Shown one piece after another: positions 39,055 through 49,506 of a stretch of 64,000 nucleotides of DNA. The stretch covers positions 3,385 through 67,384 of the forward strand of contig CAZJQG010000007.1 in the NCBI GenBank assembly GCA_964548415.1, read 5' to 3'. The position numbers and the translations under genes were made by a program. Numbering within the stretch: the stretch's first letter is position 1; each line of letters starts with the position of its first letter. The notes under the pieces are model-generated. The model was not told the origin of the DNA. It did not search any database and was given only the letters and a program-made list of their open reading frames with translations. The DNA is from an uncultured Dehalococcoidales bacterium (GTDB taxonomy: Bacteria; Chloroflexota; Dehalococcoidia; GIF9; UBA5629).

Positions 39055-39597
39055 ATGAAGGCAGTTAATAAATTTATCGGGGAAAGAACACGAGTCGATG
39101 CCAGCGAGCTTGAGCTCACCGAAAAACTGGTCTCGCTTAACCGTATAACCAAGGTTGTTAAGGGCGGTAAGCGTCTGCGCTTTCGGGCCCTGGTCGTAGT
39201 CGGCGATGGCAAGGGACACGTCGGGGTAGGCCTGGGAAAAGCCAAGGAAGTACCGGAGGCAATACGCAAAGCCGGAGTTGTCGCCCGAAAGGGGCTATAC
39301 AAGATAATGCTATCGGGAAGTACGATTCCTCATGAAATTGTGGCCAAGTCAGGTGCGGCCAGGGTGCTGCTCAAGCCGGCATCTCCCGGAACCGGAGTTA
39401 TCGCTGGCGGTAGCGTCCGTGCCGTGCTCGAGGCGGCGGGTATAAAGGATATTCTTACCAAATCGCTGGGAAGCTCGAATCCGGTTAACGTTGTCAGAGC
39501 CACCATTCTGGGGCTGGCGCGCATGGAATTTCCGGAAACCGCCGTGGCCAGACGTAAGGCGGAGCTTGAGGTCAAGGAGACGCCGGAGAATGGCTAA
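39055..39597 (+). CDS. rpsE: 30S ribosomal protein S5
   Basis: [39 protein letters not shown]. Confidence 0.96.
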   Translation: MKAVNKFIGERTRVDASELELTEKLVSLNRITKVVKGGKRLRFRALVVVGDGKGHVGVGLGKAKEVPEAIRKAGVVARKGLYKIMLSGSTIPHEIVAKSGAARVLLKPASPGTGVIAGGSVRAVLEAAGIKDILTKSLGSSNPVNVVRATILGLARMEFPETAVARRKAELEVKETPENG

Positions 39598-39784
39598 ACT
39601 GCGCATTAAGTGGATTAAGAGCGATATAGGCTTTTCCGGCGACCAGAAACGGACGCTAAGAGCTCTTGGCTTTCATCGGCTTCAAGAAACAGTAGAGAAA
39701 GAAGATTCACCCTCGGTCAGAGGTATGATAACTAAGGTAAGTCATTTAGTTGAAGTGGAAATAGTGAACAATGCAGCAGCATAA
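39590..39784 (+). CDS. rpmD: 50S ribosomal protein L30
   Basis: ATG 39590 gives [14 protein letters not shown]. It overlaps the rpsE stop; the track start 39491 is over-extended. Confidence 0.92.
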   Translation: MAKLRIKWIKSDIGFSGDQKRTLRALGFHRLQETVEKEDSPSVRGMITKVSHLVEVEIVNNAAA

Positions 39785-40214
39785 CTTGAAACCCCCGGCG
39801 GGAGCTACGCACAAAAAGAAACGCGTTGGCCGTGGTGACGGCAGCGGGCACGGCTCTCAGTCGGGAAAAGGCGCTAAGGGACAGAAGTCCCGTGCCGGAG
39901 GCGGCGTTCGTCTCAGCTTCGAAGGCGGACAACTGCCGCTGGTAAAACGTTTGCCCCGGAAGCGCGGCTTCACTAATCTTTTTAAAACTGAATACAGCAT
40001 CGTAAACGTGGGCGAACTAAAGGCGTTTTCAGCCAAAGCTGAAATTACAGCCAGGGAGTTATTCGATAACGGCCTGATCAAGTCTTTCAAGTATCCGATA
40101 AAGATTCTTGGAGGGGGCGATATCGACCGTCCTCTGATAATAAAAGCCAACAAATTCTCGGCTACTGCTGAAAAGAAAATCTTGGATGCCGGCGGTAAAG
40201 CGGAGGCGATTTAA
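39771..40214 (+). CDS. rplO: 50S ribosomal protein L15
   Basis: [23 protein letters not shown]. Confidence 0.95.
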   Translation: MQQHNLKPPAGATHKKKRVGRGDGSGHGSQSGKGAKGQKSRAGGGVRLSFEGGQLPLVKRLPRKRGFTNLFKTEYSIVNVGELKAFSAKAEITARELFDNGLIKSFKYPIKILGGGDIDRPLIIKANKFSATAEKKILDAGGKAEAI

Positions 40215-41531
40215 ATGCAGCAGGTGAGTTCAAGGCCCCGTCTTATCCAGGCGTTGATTGACGCTTTTTCACTTCCCGACCTGCGACGGCGCCTCCTTTT
40301 CACCATCGGCATGCTCGTTATCTTCAGGTTTATAGCTCACGTCCCGCTGCCCGGCGTGGACCTCGCAGCGATGCAGCAGCTATTCGAGCGGAATCAACTG
40401 CTGGGCATGCTCGACCTGTTCAGCGGCGGAGCCATGAGGAACTTCAGCGTGGCCGCCATGGGGGTTTACCCATATATTACCGCTTCAATCGTCATGCAGT
40501 TGTTGGTTCCGGTGGTTCCAGCTCTGCGCAACCTGTCACAGGAAGGCGAATCAGGCAGGAACAGGATCAACCAGTATACACACTGGCTTACCATACCCCT
40601 CGCCGGTCTACAAGGATATGCCCAGCTGGCGCTTATGCGCAGCCAGGGTGCAGTATCTCAAGCCGCCGCACTGCCTACCGTGGCCATAATACTTTCAATG
40701 ACCGCAGGGACAATTTTTTTGGTGTGGCTAGGCGAGTTGATAACCGAGCGTGGCATAGGCAACGGGGTATCCATAATTATCTTCGGTGGAATCGTGGCCA
40801 GCTTACCGCAGTTGGTGGGGCAGGCTGAAATTGCCATGACTAATATACCGGGCTTGATAGTGTTCGGTATCGTCGGCCTGGCAACGGTCGCTTTTATAGT
40901 GATATTTACGGAAGGCCATCGCCGCATTCCTGTACAATATGCGCGGACTGCTTTCCGCGGTGCTCGGATGTATCGCCAGTCCGGTGCCACTCATATTCCT
41001 CTTAGAGTAAACACTGCCGGAATGATTCCGCTAATCTTTGCATTATCACTGATGATTTTCCCGGGAACTATAGCCAGTTACTTTGTGGCTCCACCGGGGC
41101 AGCCTCCTAACTTCGCCAATACCATTGCGACGTGGTTCAACCCGAATTCAGCGCTGCCTATAGGCCTATTTTATTGGGTTGTTTATTTCTTTATGGTGGT
41201 AGCTTTTACGTTCTTCTATACCATGGTTATATTCGAGCAGATGGACCTGGCGCGGACTTTACAGCGGCAGGGTGGTTTTATACCCGGCGTGCGCCCCGGC
41301 AAACCTACAACAGATTATCTCAATAAGGTTATTAACAGGATTACATGGGGTGGGGCGCTCTTTCTGGCGATAGTGGCCGTTTTGCCATTCTTTGTTAAAC
41401 TGGTTACGAATATAGCGGTGCTGACACTATCAAGCACCGGCATACTCATCGTAGTGGGTGTAGCGCTGGATACCATGAAACAGGTTGAGGCGCAGCTTAC
41501 CATGCGCCGTTATGAAGGTTTCTTAAAGTAA
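40215..41531 (+). CDS. secY: preprotein translocase subunit SecY
   Basis: 438 aa with 10 hydrophobic segments; LFSGGAMRNFSVAAMGVYPYITASI. Confidence 0.96.
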   Translation: MQQVSSRPRLIQALIDAFSLPDLRRRLLFTIGMLVIFRFIAHVPLPGVDLAAMQQLFERNQLLGMLDLFSGGAMRNFSVAAMGVYPYITASIVMQLLVPVVPALRNLSQEGESGRNRINQYTHWLTIPLAGLQGYAQLALMRSQGAVSQAAALPTVAIILSMTAGTIFLVWLGELITERGIGNGVSIIIFGGIVASLPQLVGQAEIAMTNIPGLIVFGIVGLATVAFIVIFTEGHRRIPVQYARTAFRGARMYRQSGATHIPLRVNTAGMIPLIFALSLMIFPGTIASYFVAPPGQPPNFANTIATWFNPNSALPIGLFYWVVYFFMVVAFTFFYTMVIFEQMDLARTLQRQGGFIPGVRPGKPTTDYLNKVINRITWGGALFLAIVAVLPFFVKLVTNIAVLTLSSTGILIVVGVALDTMKQVEAQLTMRRYEGFLK

Positions 41532-41539
41532 GGGGAAAA

Positions 41540-42190
41540 ATGTTTTTAGTTTTTCTAGGCGCTCCGGGAGCTGGGAAAGGAACTCAGGCGTCCGTAATTG
41601 CGGACAAAATTGGCGCGGCGCACATAGCTTCCGGCGACCTGTTCCGGCAGGCCTTTGAAAAAGGGACCGAACTGGGTAAGTTGGCTAAGTCATATATGGA
41701 TAAAGGCACTCTGGTACCGGATGAGGTGACGATTCAACTTATCTCAGAGCGACTAAACGAGCCTGACTGCAAGGGCGGCGCCGTTTTTGATGGCTTCCCT
41801 CGGACGATGGAACAGGCCAGAGCCCTGGACAAGATGATGGAGAAACGGGCCAACGCAATAGGTAAAGCAATTTATATCGAAGTGCCGGAGAAGGAACTGC
41901 TGAAGCGGCTTACCGGACGCTGGATTTGCAGAAATTGCCAGACCCCTTATCATGAGGTTAGCTCTCCGCCTAAGGTCAAGGGCGTTTGCGATAAGTGCGG
42001 CGGCGAACTGTACCAGCGCTCGGACGATACCGAGGCAACTATAAAAGAGCGACTCAAGGTGTATTTCGCTCAGACCACACCGCTGCTCGACTATTATAAG
42101 ACGATGGGCAAACTGGTATCGATAGACGGCAACCAGGATATTAAGAAGGTATCCGAGTTGATATTAAAAGCTCTGGGACGGGGTCGGTGA
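41540..42190 (+). CDS. adk: adenylate kinase (zinc-lid type)
   Basis: GAPGAGKGTQ, with lid CRNC..CDKCGG. Confidence 0.96.
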   Translation: MFLVFLGAPGAGKGTQASVIADKIGAAHIASGDLFRQAFEKGTELGKLAKSYMDKGTLVPDEVTIQLISERLNEPDCKGGAVFDGFPRTMEQARALDKMMEKRANAIGKAIYIEVPEKELLKRLTGRWICRNCQTPYHEVSSPPKVKGVCDKCGGELYQRSDDTEATIKERLKVYFAQTTPLLDYYKTMGKLVSIDGNQDIKKVSELILKALGRGR

Positions 42191-42197
42191 AATTTAA

Positions 42198-42944
42198 ATG
42201 ACTGTGATAAAGTCGCCGCAAGAACTGGCCATTATGCGGCAGGCTGGAAAAATCGTAGCAAGGACTCTACAGAAATTGGCAGAAGAAGTAAAACCGGGAA
42301 TTAAAACAAGCCAGCTTGACTCTTTTGCAGTTAGCGAACTGAAGAAGTATGGGGCTAAGGCTTCTTTTAAAGGGTACAGAGGCTTCCCGGCGTCAGTCTG
42401 CGTTTCGGTCAATGATGAGATAGTGCATGGAATACCGGGCGACCGGGAATTGAAAAGCGGCGACATAGTGTCTCTCGACTTTGGCGCTACCGTGAACGGC
42501 TTTCACGGCGATGGTGCCATAACGGTGGCAGTGGGCAGGATAAACCCTGAGGCTCAGGAGCTGGTGGATCTTACCAAGGACGCGCTAATGATTGGAATAA
42601 AAGAGGCGCGCAACGGCGCTCACCTGGGGGACGTTTCGGCCGCTATCCAGGACTACGTCGAAGCCCGGGGCTTTGCCGTGGTCAGGGAGTATTCAGGACA
42701 CGGGGTCGGCAGAGACCTGCATGAAGACCCCCTGGTGCCGAACTTCGGTATCGCTGGCGAAGGGCCGATTCTGCGCAAAGGTATGACACTGGCGATAGAA
42801 CCGATGGTGACCGTAGGAGACTGGAGAACGCGTGTCGCGGCCAACAAATGGACCGTGCTAACTGCCGATGGCAGTCTCGCAGCCCATTTTGAACATACCA
42901 TCGCCATTGGCGATGATGAAGCAGAGATACTGACTTTAATATAA
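42198..42944 (+). CDS. map: type I methionine aminopeptidase
   Basis: VCVSVNDEIVHGIP, DFGATVNGFHGD, GHGVG, LAIEPM, EHT metal ligands. Confidence 0.96.
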   Translation: MTVIKSPQELAIMRQAGKIVARTLQKLAEEVKPGIKTSQLDSFAVSELKKYGAKASFKGYRGFPASVCVSVNDEIVHGIPGDRELKSGDIVSLDFGATVNGFHGDGAITVAVGRINPEAQELVDLTKDALMIGIKEARNGAHLGDVSAAIQDYVEARGFAVVREYSGHGVGRDLHEDPLVPNFGIAGEGPILRKGMTLAIEPMVTVGDWRTRVAANKWTVLTADGSLAAHFEHTIAIGDDEAEILTLI

Positions 42945-42960
42945 TATATAGAAGAACAAT

Positions 42961-43179
42961 ATGCCGAAGAAGGAAGCAATAGAGGTCGAGGGCATAGTGA
43001 TTGAATCATTACCTAATGCTACGTTTCGCGTGGAACTGGCCAACGGACACGAAGTGCTGGCCCATATTTCGGGTAGAATGAGAAAACATTATATAAGGAT
43101 ACTGCCGGCAGATAAAGTACTGGTGGAGCTGTCACCGTACGATCTGAGTCGGGGGAGAATTACGTATAGATTCAAATAG
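42961..43179 (+). CDS. infA: translation initiation factor IF-1
   Basis: [38 protein letters not shown]. Confidence 0.97.
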   Translation: MPKKEAIEVEGIVIESLPNATFRVELANGHEVLAHISGRMRKHYIRILPADKVLVELSPYDLSRGRITYRFK

Positions 43180-43243
43180 TTGTCTTTGACATAAGGGGTA
43201 ACAAAGTTTATTATTATAGGGTTTTTTGCTTTAAGGTGATAAG

Positions 43244-43357
43244 ATGAAAGTAAGATCTTCTGTTAAGCGTCGATGCGATAAATGCAAGATTGTCAGGCGC
43301 AGGGGTGTGGTTCGCGTTATTTGTCAGAACCCCAAGCATAAGCAGCGCCAGGGATAA
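43244..43357 (+). CDS. rpmJ: 50S ribosomal protein L36
   Basis: Own translation [37 protein letters not shown]. Missing from the ORF track (37 aa). Confidence 0.95.
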   Translation: MKVRSSVKRRCDKCKIVRRRGVVRVICQNPKHKQRQG

Positions 43358-43372
43358 TGCAGGAGTTATAGA

Positions 43373-43762
43373 ATGGCACGTATAGCCGGTGTGGACATTC
43401 CCAAAGAAAAAAGAGTAGAGGTCTCTTTGCAGTACATCTACGGCATAGGGCCTCACTTAAGTAAAGACATTTTAGCTGCCAGTAATGTTAACCCCGATAC
43501 CCGGGTCAAGGACCTTACGGAGCAGGAAGTCAATCGCATACGCGAGGTCATAGATAAAGGATACAAGGTCGAAGGGACGCTTCGAAAAGAAGTTAATTTT
43601 AATATCAAGCGGCTCATTGAAATCGGCAGCTACCGTGGTCTACGGCACCGTCGCGGATTACCGGCACGAGGACAGCGAACGAGGACCAACGCGCGCACCA
43701 AGCGCGGGCTGCGCAAGACGGTCGCCGGCCGCGGACAACGACGTGGCGCTACGAAGAAATAA
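43373..43762 (+). CDS. rpsM: 30S ribosomal protein S13
   Basis: [26 protein letters not shown]. Confidence 0.97.
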   Translation: MARIAGVDIPKEKRVEVSLQYIYGIGPHLSKDILAASNVNPDTRVKDLTEQEVNRIREVIDKGYKVEGTLRKEVNFNIKRLIEIGSYRGLRHRRGLPARGQRTRTNARTKRGLRKTVAGRGQRRGATKK

Positions 43763-43776
43763 GGAGTAACTACTAA

Positions 43777-44169
43777 ATGCCCAAGAAGAAGAAGACAGGC
43801 GTAAGAAGGCGGGAACGCAAACAAGTAGCGGAAGGTAAGGCTTTTATACAGTCTTCCTTTAACAATACGATTATAACTCTCACTGACCAGAAAGGCGGAG
43901 TCATCGCCTGGGGTAGCTCGGGCACTGCTGGTTTTAAAGGTTCCAGGAAGGGCACACCATATGCGGCTCAGCTGGCGGCACAGGGAGCAGCCCAGAAAGC
44001 CAAAGAGATCGGTCTGCGCCAGGTTGAGGTATTCGTCCGAGGGCCCGGCAGCGGCCGGGAAGCTGCTATAAGGGCTATCCAGGCTTCCGGTATTTTAGTT
44101 ACCGGAATTAAGGACGTAACCCCGGTACCCCACAACGGCTGCCGCCCTCGAAAGAGAAGGCGAGTCTAG
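43777..44169 (+). CDS. rpsK: 30S ribosomal protein S11
   Basis: [44 protein letters not shown]. Confidence 0.97.
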   Translation: MPKKKKTGVRRRERKQVAEGKAFIQSSFNNTIITLTDQKGGVIAWGSSGTAGFKGSRKGTPYAAQLAAQGAAQKAKEIGLRQVEVFVRGPGSGREAAIRAIQASGILVTGIKDVTPVPHNGCRPRKRRRV

Positions 44170-44171
44170 AG

Positions 44172-44804
44172 ATGGCACGTTATATTGACGCCAAATGTCG
44201 CATCTGCCGCCGTGCCAGCGATAAATTGATGCTCAAGGGTGACAGGTGCTTTACCTCTAAGTGTGCCTTTGAGCGCCGGGATGTTCCCCCGGGATACACT
44301 GGCTCCGGCAAGCGCCGAGCCAAGAAGTCCGACCGCGGAATACAGCTGACTGAAAAACAAAAGGCTCGTTACACATATGGACTTATGGAACGACAATTTC
44401 GCAAGTTCTTCGCCGAGGCCGAGAGAATGCCGGGAATTACCGGTGAGAACCTGCTCATTTTACTGGAGAGAAGGCTGGATAATATAGTTTTCAGGATGGG
44501 GTTTGCCAACTCTCGGGCTCAGGCGCGACAACTGGTGCGACACGGTCACTTTCTGCTTAACGGCCGCAAAACGAATATACCTTCGTGCCTAGTGAAGCCC
44601 GGAGATACAATTTCGTGGCGCGAAGGCAGTACTAAGAATGAATATTACAAAATACTGGTTCAGGAAATAGAGGGCAGGACAATACCCGGCTGGCTGTCAT
44701 TAGACAAACAAACAATGGCCGGCCAGATTGCCAACCTGCCTACTCCCGAAGATATTGAAGTTAAGTTCGATGAAAAGGCGATTGTTGAATACTATTCTCG
44801 TTAA
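44172..44804 (+). CDS. rpsD: 30S ribosomal protein S4 (N-terminal Cys4 zinc knuckle)
   Basis: MARYIDAKCRICRR..CFTSKC, and an S4 RNA-binding domain LERRLDNIVFRMGFANSRAQARQLVRHGH. Confidence 0.96.
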   Translation: MARYIDAKCRICRRASDKLMLKGDRCFTSKCAFERRDVPPGYTGSGKRRAKKSDRGIQLTEKQKARYTYGLMERQFRKFFAEAERMPGITGENLLILLERRLDNIVFRMGFANSRAQARQLVRHGHFLLNGRKTNIPSCLVKPGDTISWREGSTKNEYYKILVQEIEGRTIPGWLSLDKQTMAGQIANLPTPEDIEVKFDEKAIVEYYSR

Positions 44805-44813
44805 GGAGGGCTC

Positions 44814-45833
44814 TTGGCAGGCTTAGCACTACCCAAAGTGGAATGTGTTGAAGGCACCGAAACGTACGGACGTTTCGTGGCCGAGCCCGTGGAGAAGGGC
44901 TTTGGTGTTACCTTAGGTAACGCATTGCGTCGGGTGCTACTGAGTGCACTACCCGGTGCCGCCATAACCTGGGTTATGATTGAAGGTATACAGCACGAGT
45001 TCTCGACGATCCCGCACGTTAAAGAAGACACCCTAGATTTCTTGCTCAACTTGAAAGCCGTACGGATTCGCCACCTGGCACAGCGCGCCGGCAAATTGAG
45101 ACTGGAAGCCGAAGGTGAGGGAGAAATTAAGGCCGGTGATATTACAGCTACGGCGGACTTCGAGATCGTTAATCCGGACTTATACCTGGCTACTCTGGAC
45201 TCTCCCAAAGGCAAGCTGGAAGTCGAGCTGAATGTCGAGATAGGCAGGGGCTACGTGCCAGCCAGTTCCAGCGATAGCCTGCCGATCGGCGCCATTCCTA
45301 TAGACGCAATTTATACACCGGTTCGCAAGGTTAATTACTCGGTTGAGACCAGCGGCCTCAAAGAAGGCAGCAATCAGGAAAAACTGATACTGGAAGTCTG
45401 GACGGATAAAACCATTTCTCCGATTGAGGCGGTCAGTCAGAGCGCCTCGATATTAATAGAGCAGTTTGGCTGCTTCCGTGAACTGGCTAAAGCAATTACG
45501 CAAGAAGGTGCTGAAATCGTGTGGCAGAGGCTGATACCGCCGGAGCAGTACTTGATGCCCCTGGATCAGTTGAACCTGTCCACGCATACCTATAACAGCT
45601 TGAGAAGAGGCGGCGTTACTACATTAGGCCAGATTCTGGAAAAAGGGCTGGACGGCCTGTGCGCTCTGGCAGGCTTCGGTGCCAAGTCCAGAGAGGAAGT
45701 CGAGACTGCTTTAAAGAACCTGGACCTGCCATTCCTTCCCGAAGCCAAAGAGAAAAAAGAAAAGAAGGCATCCAAGCCAGGCGCCTCTAGTGAAGAGGAA
45801 AAAGACGAAGATTCCGAAGGGAAGATTGAATAG
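44814..45833 (+). CDS. rpoA: DNA-directed RNA polymerase subunit alpha (charged Lys/Glu C-terminal tail)
   Basis: [26 protein letters not shown]; [25 protein letters not shown]; the tail ends [28 protein letters not shown]. Confidence 0.96.
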   Translation: MAGLALPKVECVEGTETYGRFVAEPVEKGFGVTLGNALRRVLLSALPGAAITWVMIEGIQHEFSTIPHVKEDTLDFLLNLKAVRIRHLAQRAGKLRLEAEGEGEIKAGDITATADFEIVNPDLYLATLDSPKGKLEVELNVEIGRGYVPASSSDSLPIGAIPIDAIYTPVRKVNYSVETSGLKEGSNQEKLILEVWTDKTISPIEAVSQSASILIEQFGCFRELAKAITQEGAEIVWQRLIPPEQYLMPLDQLNLSTHTYNSLRRGGVTTLGQILEKGLDGLCALAGFGAKSREEVETALKNLDLPFLPEAKEKKEKKASKPGASSEEEKDEDSEGKIE

Positions 45834-46183
45834 TGAGACATAATGTAGCCGGGAGAAAACTAAGCCGGCCTACCGCACAGCGCTGGGCGCTTTACCGTAA
45901 CCTGGTGGCTGACTTAGTTAAATATGAGAAAATTACGACTACCGAGGCCAAGGCTAAGGAAATACGCAGTCTGGCTGAGAAAATGATTACGCTGGGCAAA
46001 GAAGGCAGCCTGGCATCCAGGCGGCGAGCCCTGGCTTTTGTTACGGATACAAAACTCATCGAGAAGATATTCACCGAGCTGGCGCCGAGATACGCCGAGC
46101 GCGCTGGCGGCTACACCAGGATCGTAAAGCTGGGGCGGCGGGTCGGCGATGGGGCGCGTCTGGCTCAAATTGAAATGGTATAA
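45833..46183 (+). CDS. rplQ: 50S ribosomal protein L17
   Basis: (M)[30 protein letters not shown]. Confidence 0.96.
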   Translation: MRHNVAGRKLSRPTAQRWALYRNLVADLVKYEKITTTEAKAKEIRSLAEKMITLGKEGSLASRRRALAFVTDTKLIEKIFTELAPRYAERAGGYTRIVKLGRRVGDGARLAQIEMV

Positions 46184-46195
46184 AAACAGACCCTG

Positions 46196-46975
46196 TTGGC
46201 TAAGCTCTTTAACAGCATTAACAAAATAATTCTAGTTGTGGAGTATGACGGCGGAAATTACTATGGATTTCAGTGGCAGGCGAGGCTGCCTACTATTCAG
46301 GCCGAGTTAGAAAAGGCCATAAAAAAGGTGACCGGAGAAAGCTCACGTGTCATAGCCGCCAGCCGGACGGATACCGGCGTCCACGCCAGAGGACAGGTGG
46401 TTAGCTTCCGGACCAAGTCCAGCCTGACCCCGCAGGTGTTTATCAAGGCTCTGAATTATTATCTGCCGGCGGACGTTGCCATCAAAAAAGCCTGTAAGGT
46501 AGACATGGATTTCGACGTCAGGCGCAATGCGGTGAGCCGGGAATACGATTATTTTATTTTGAACGGTCCGACGCGGTCGCCTCTACTCGAGGGCCACGCT
46601 TATAGGGTATCAACTAAATTAAATACGAGAGTCATGAACAGGGCAGGTAAATTTCTTGAAGGCGAACACGACTTCGCCAGCTTTGCCACCGATTTGGGCA
46701 AGCTGGGAAGTACAGTTAGGAATGTCTATAAGGCTAGGGTGGCAAAAAAAGGTGACCTTATAACCTATAACATGATAGCTAATTCTTTTCTGCCGCATCA
46801 GGTGCGCAATACGGTGGGTTTGCTAATAAGAGTGGGTTCAGGTAAAGTGGAACTCGATGAATTTCAACGAATTCTGGAGGCCAGGGTGCTGGGACTGGCC
46901 GGGCCGACGGCACCTGCTTACGGCCTCTGCCTAGATAAAGTCAATTATCCCGGCAATTTGGAGCTGGCAATATGA
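46196..46975 (+). CDS. truA: tRNA pseudouridine(38-40) synthase
   Basis: [29 protein letters not shown] (catalytic Asp). Confidence 0.93.
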   Translation: MAKLFNSINKIILVVEYDGGNYYGFQWQARLPTIQAELEKAIKKVTGESSRVIAASRTDTGVHARGQVVSFRTKSSLTPQVFIKALNYYLPADVAIKKACKVDMDFDVRRNAVSREYDYFILNGPTRSPLLEGHAYRVSTKLNTRVMNRAGKFLEGEHDFASFATDLGKLGSTVRNVYKARVAKKGDLITYNMIANSFLPHQVRNTVGLLIRVGSGKVELDEFQRILEARVLGLAGPTAPAYGLCLDKVNYPGNLELAI

Positions 46976-47412
46976 AGACCTTTGCAACTAAAGCTAAAGA
47001 CGTAGAACACCGCTGGCACGTTATCGATGCCTCGGGACAGACGCTGGGCAAGCTGTCCACACAGGTGGCGACCTTGCTTATGGGTAAACATAAGCCAACA
47101 TATGCCCCGTACCTGGATACCGGTGATTTCGTCATTGTTATCAACGCCACCAAGGTAAAGGTAACCGGGAAAAAACCGAAGCAGAAAACTTACTACAGGC
47201 ATTCGGGATATCCCGGTGGCATTAAAGCCGAGACCTATGAAGAATTGATGGCTACCCACCCGACAAGGATTATCGAGCATGCCGTTAAGGGCATGTTGCC
47301 ACATAACCGGCTGGGTAGGGCCATGTATAAGAAGCTCAAGGTTTATGCCGGCGACAGCCATCCGCATCAGGCACAGGTGGCCGGCACGAAAAAGACCGAG
47401 AAGGGGAGTTGA
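46972..47412 (+). CDS. rplM: 50S ribosomal protein L13
   Basis: [34 protein letters not shown]. Confidence 0.97.
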   Translation: MKTFATKAKDVEHRWHVIDASGQTLGKLSTQVATLLMGKHKPTYAPYLDTGDFVIVINATKVKVTGKKPKQKTYYRHSGYPGGIKAETYEELMATHPTRIIEHAVKGMLPHNRLGRAMYKKLKVYAGDSHPHQAQVAGTKKTEKGS

Positions 47413-47417
47413 ATCTC

Positions 47418-47813
47418 GTGACTGATCAAACTTACGACCGTGGCACAGGTAAGCGCAAATGCGCCATCGCTCAGGTGAAGCTGTTTTCCGGCAAAGGGGA
47501 GATTATCGTCAACGGTAAACCTTACCAGGAATTTTTTCCTCGACTGGAACACAGAAACCATGTGGAGCAGCCCTTCAAGGCCACGGATACTATGGGCAAG
47601 TTTAACGTCCAGGTTAAAGTTACCGGCGGCGGGGTTACCGGCCAATCGGAAGCTATAAGACACGGCATTGCCCGTGCTCTGGTGGCCACCAACGAGCAAT
47701 TCCGTCCTCTGCTGCGACAGGAAGGTCTGCTGACACGCGATGCCCGAATAAAAGAACGTAAGAAGTACGGCCTAAAGCGTGCCCGCAAGGCGCCTCAATA
47801 TACCAAACGTTAA
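47418..47813 (+). CDS. rpsI: 30S ribosomal protein S9
   Basis: GTGKRKCAIAQV..GGGVTGQSEAIRHGIARAL..RKKYGLKRARKAPQYTKR. GTG 47418 is better spaced from AAGGGGAG than the track TTG 47409. Confidence 0.95.
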   Translation: MTDQTYDRGTGKRKCAIAQVKLFSGKGEIIVNGKPYQEFFPRLEHRNHVEQPFKATDTMGKFNVQVKVTGGGVTGQSEAIRHGIARALVATNEQFRPLLRQEGLLTRDARIKERKKYGLKRARKAPQYTKR

Positions 47814-47874
47814 GGCTTTTACTGTAATCCCGGCGCAGTAAAGATTCGCACCATTATTATCATCCCAAAAGGGC

Positions 47875-47903
47875 TTGACTGGTGTAGTCATGCCTGCGAT
47901 AAT
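47875..47903 (+). promoter_or_regulatory. candidate promoter of the CorA-like gene
   Basis: TTGACT (47875-47880), 17 bp spacer, GATAAT (47898-47903). Confidence 0.5.
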
Positions 47904-47918
47904 TCGGCCAGAAATAAG

Positions 47919-49097
47919 ATGGCAAAAGCTACCATCAGCCAAAAACGAAAAAAGGTTCCCGCCGTTAATAAAGAAGTTAACGTGGATAAGGAAGTCGTTT
48001 TCAGCAATAAAGTCTGTTCGGAAATGCAGAATGGGACCGACAACTATCAAAAAGGATGGTTCTGCGCCGCCATCTGCGCTGACGGCAGCCTCTTTACCGA
48101 CGAAGCCGATTCGCCGGCCGGCATTCTGGATATACTCAGCAACGCTGTCCTCGCCTGGGTAGACTTCCGCACTAACGACTTTGAAAAAGAAGCCTGTATA
48201 GGCGGCACACTTCTTGGTTTCAGTGACCAGCTTATTGCGGCGCTGAGCGGGGAATCACGGCTGCTGTACGAAGACCTGGATACCGAGATGGGCTTGAAGC
48301 TGCCCTCGATTCAGATCCGGTTGCACGAGTACCCTGACGTGCAACTGCACACCACACTGTTACTACTTAGAAAGAACCTGATTTTGACAATTCATCCGTT
48401 GCTGGTGGACCGCAGGTTCGGCCGCCTCCGCCGCTATTCCAGCAAGGTGTTACAGAAAATACCTATAGATGCTTCTCCCGAGGATAAACTGACGACATTG
48501 CTCATACGCATCATCGACCAGAACAACGACCGGAATTTCGAGCACCTGCGCCAGATCGAGGAACATGGCGATGAGCTGAACAAGCGGTTGATGAATCCCG
48601 AGACCCCGCGCAGCATACTCGGGCCGGAGATTTACGGCATGAAACACGCGCTTATCAGCTACCTGAATGCCCTGTGGGAGACGGTTGACGTGCTCCATGA
48701 TGTGCGTTACGGTGACGCTGAGATTATATCCGATGACGCACACCTGCTGGAACATGTTGGATTACTGACTGAGGACGTAAAGCAGCAGATAGGCTTGGCC
48801 GAGCATCTTTCGGAAGTGCTGGCTTCAGGCCTGGAAGTGCTGCAGTCGATTTACAACAATCAACTTCAGGTGCTCAACAACCGGATGGCCATGATTATGA
48901 CCTATTTGACCATCCTCGGTACCGCAGTACTGGTGCCCAACACGCTGGCCACCGTCTTCGGTAACACTGCTTTCGCCATGACGCCCGATGACAGGGGCTG
49001 GTATATAATTATTCTTGTGGGGTCTACTGTTTTGGCTACTGGCCTTGCCTTCTGGTGGGCCAGAAGGTCGGGCTGGTTCCCCAGGAAAATGGACTAA
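47919..49097 (+). CDS. CorA-superfamily divalent cation transporter, non-canonical pore motif
   Basis: 392 aa. Cytoplasmic domain plus two C-terminal TM helices; MTYLTILGTAVLVPNTLATVFGNTAF sits where CorA normally has YGMNF, and the basic C-terminus is ARRSGWFPRK. Confidence 0.7.
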   Translation: MAKATISQKRKKVPAVNKEVNVDKEVVFSNKVCSEMQNGTDNYQKGWFCAAICADGSLFTDEADSPAGILDILSNAVLAWVDFRTNDFEKEACIGGTLLGFSDQLIAALSGESRLLYEDLDTEMGLKLPSIQIRLHEYPDVQLHTTLLLLRKNLILTIHPLLVDRRFGRLRRYSSKVLQKIPIDASPEDKLTTLLIRIIDQNNDRNFEHLRQIEEHGDELNKRLMNPETPRSILGPEIYGMKHALISYLNALWETVDVLHDVRYGDAEIISDDAHLLEHVGLLTEDVKQQIGLAEHLSEVLASGLEVLQSIYNNQLQVLNNRMAMIMTYLTILGTAVLVPNTLATVFGNTAFAMTPDDRGWYIIILVGSTVLATGLAFWWARRSGWFPRKMD

Positions 49098-49112
49098 TTT
49101 TCCTTCACACCA

Positions 49113-49448
49113 TTAAAGAGTAACCACATCGCTGCTCAGCATGGACTGAATCGAGTTCATCATATTAGTTGGTTTGCCGGCTGCCAGTTTTTCATTAAGT
49201 TCGAAGTGTTCCAGGCAGGTGGCACAGGCCAAAAGCTCCACCCCCTGCTCCTCCAGCTTCTTCAACCGTTCCAAAACCGGCGAACCTTGGCATAAAAGCC
49301 GCACCCCGGAATTCCAGAACACTATGCTTTTCGGCTTGTCTTCGTTTTCACCCAATAATCGGAGAAAGTTGGCCATGAGCATCTGACCTAATTGCTCGTC
49401 ACCCCTGCCCAGCCCCTCCGATTGAACCAGAAATATTTTCTTTGTCAT
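49113..49448 (-). CDS. DsrE/DsrF-like family protein
   Basis: 111 aa; IFLVQSEGLGRGDEQLG..LLACATCLEHF. The pattern resembles a DsrE-fold sulfur-relay-like protein; low specificity. Confidence 0.55.
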   Translation of the reverse strand: MTKKIFLVQSEGLGRGDEQLGQMLMANFLRLLGENEDKPKSIVFWNSGVRLLCQGSPVLERLKKLEEQGVELLACATCLEHFELNEKLAAGKPTNMMNSIQSMLSSDVVTL

Positions 49449-49471
49449 TTTATCTCCTATTAATTTAAAGT

Positions 49472-49506
49472 AAATAAAAAAGCGATGGACAGAAACTCCG
49501 CCATCG
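49472..49506 (-). terminator. intrinsic terminator 25 nt upstream of the DsrE-like RBS
   Basis: Minus strand: CGAUGGCGG-AGUUU-CUG(U)CCAUCG followed by CUUUUUUAUUU. Confidence 0.65.
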
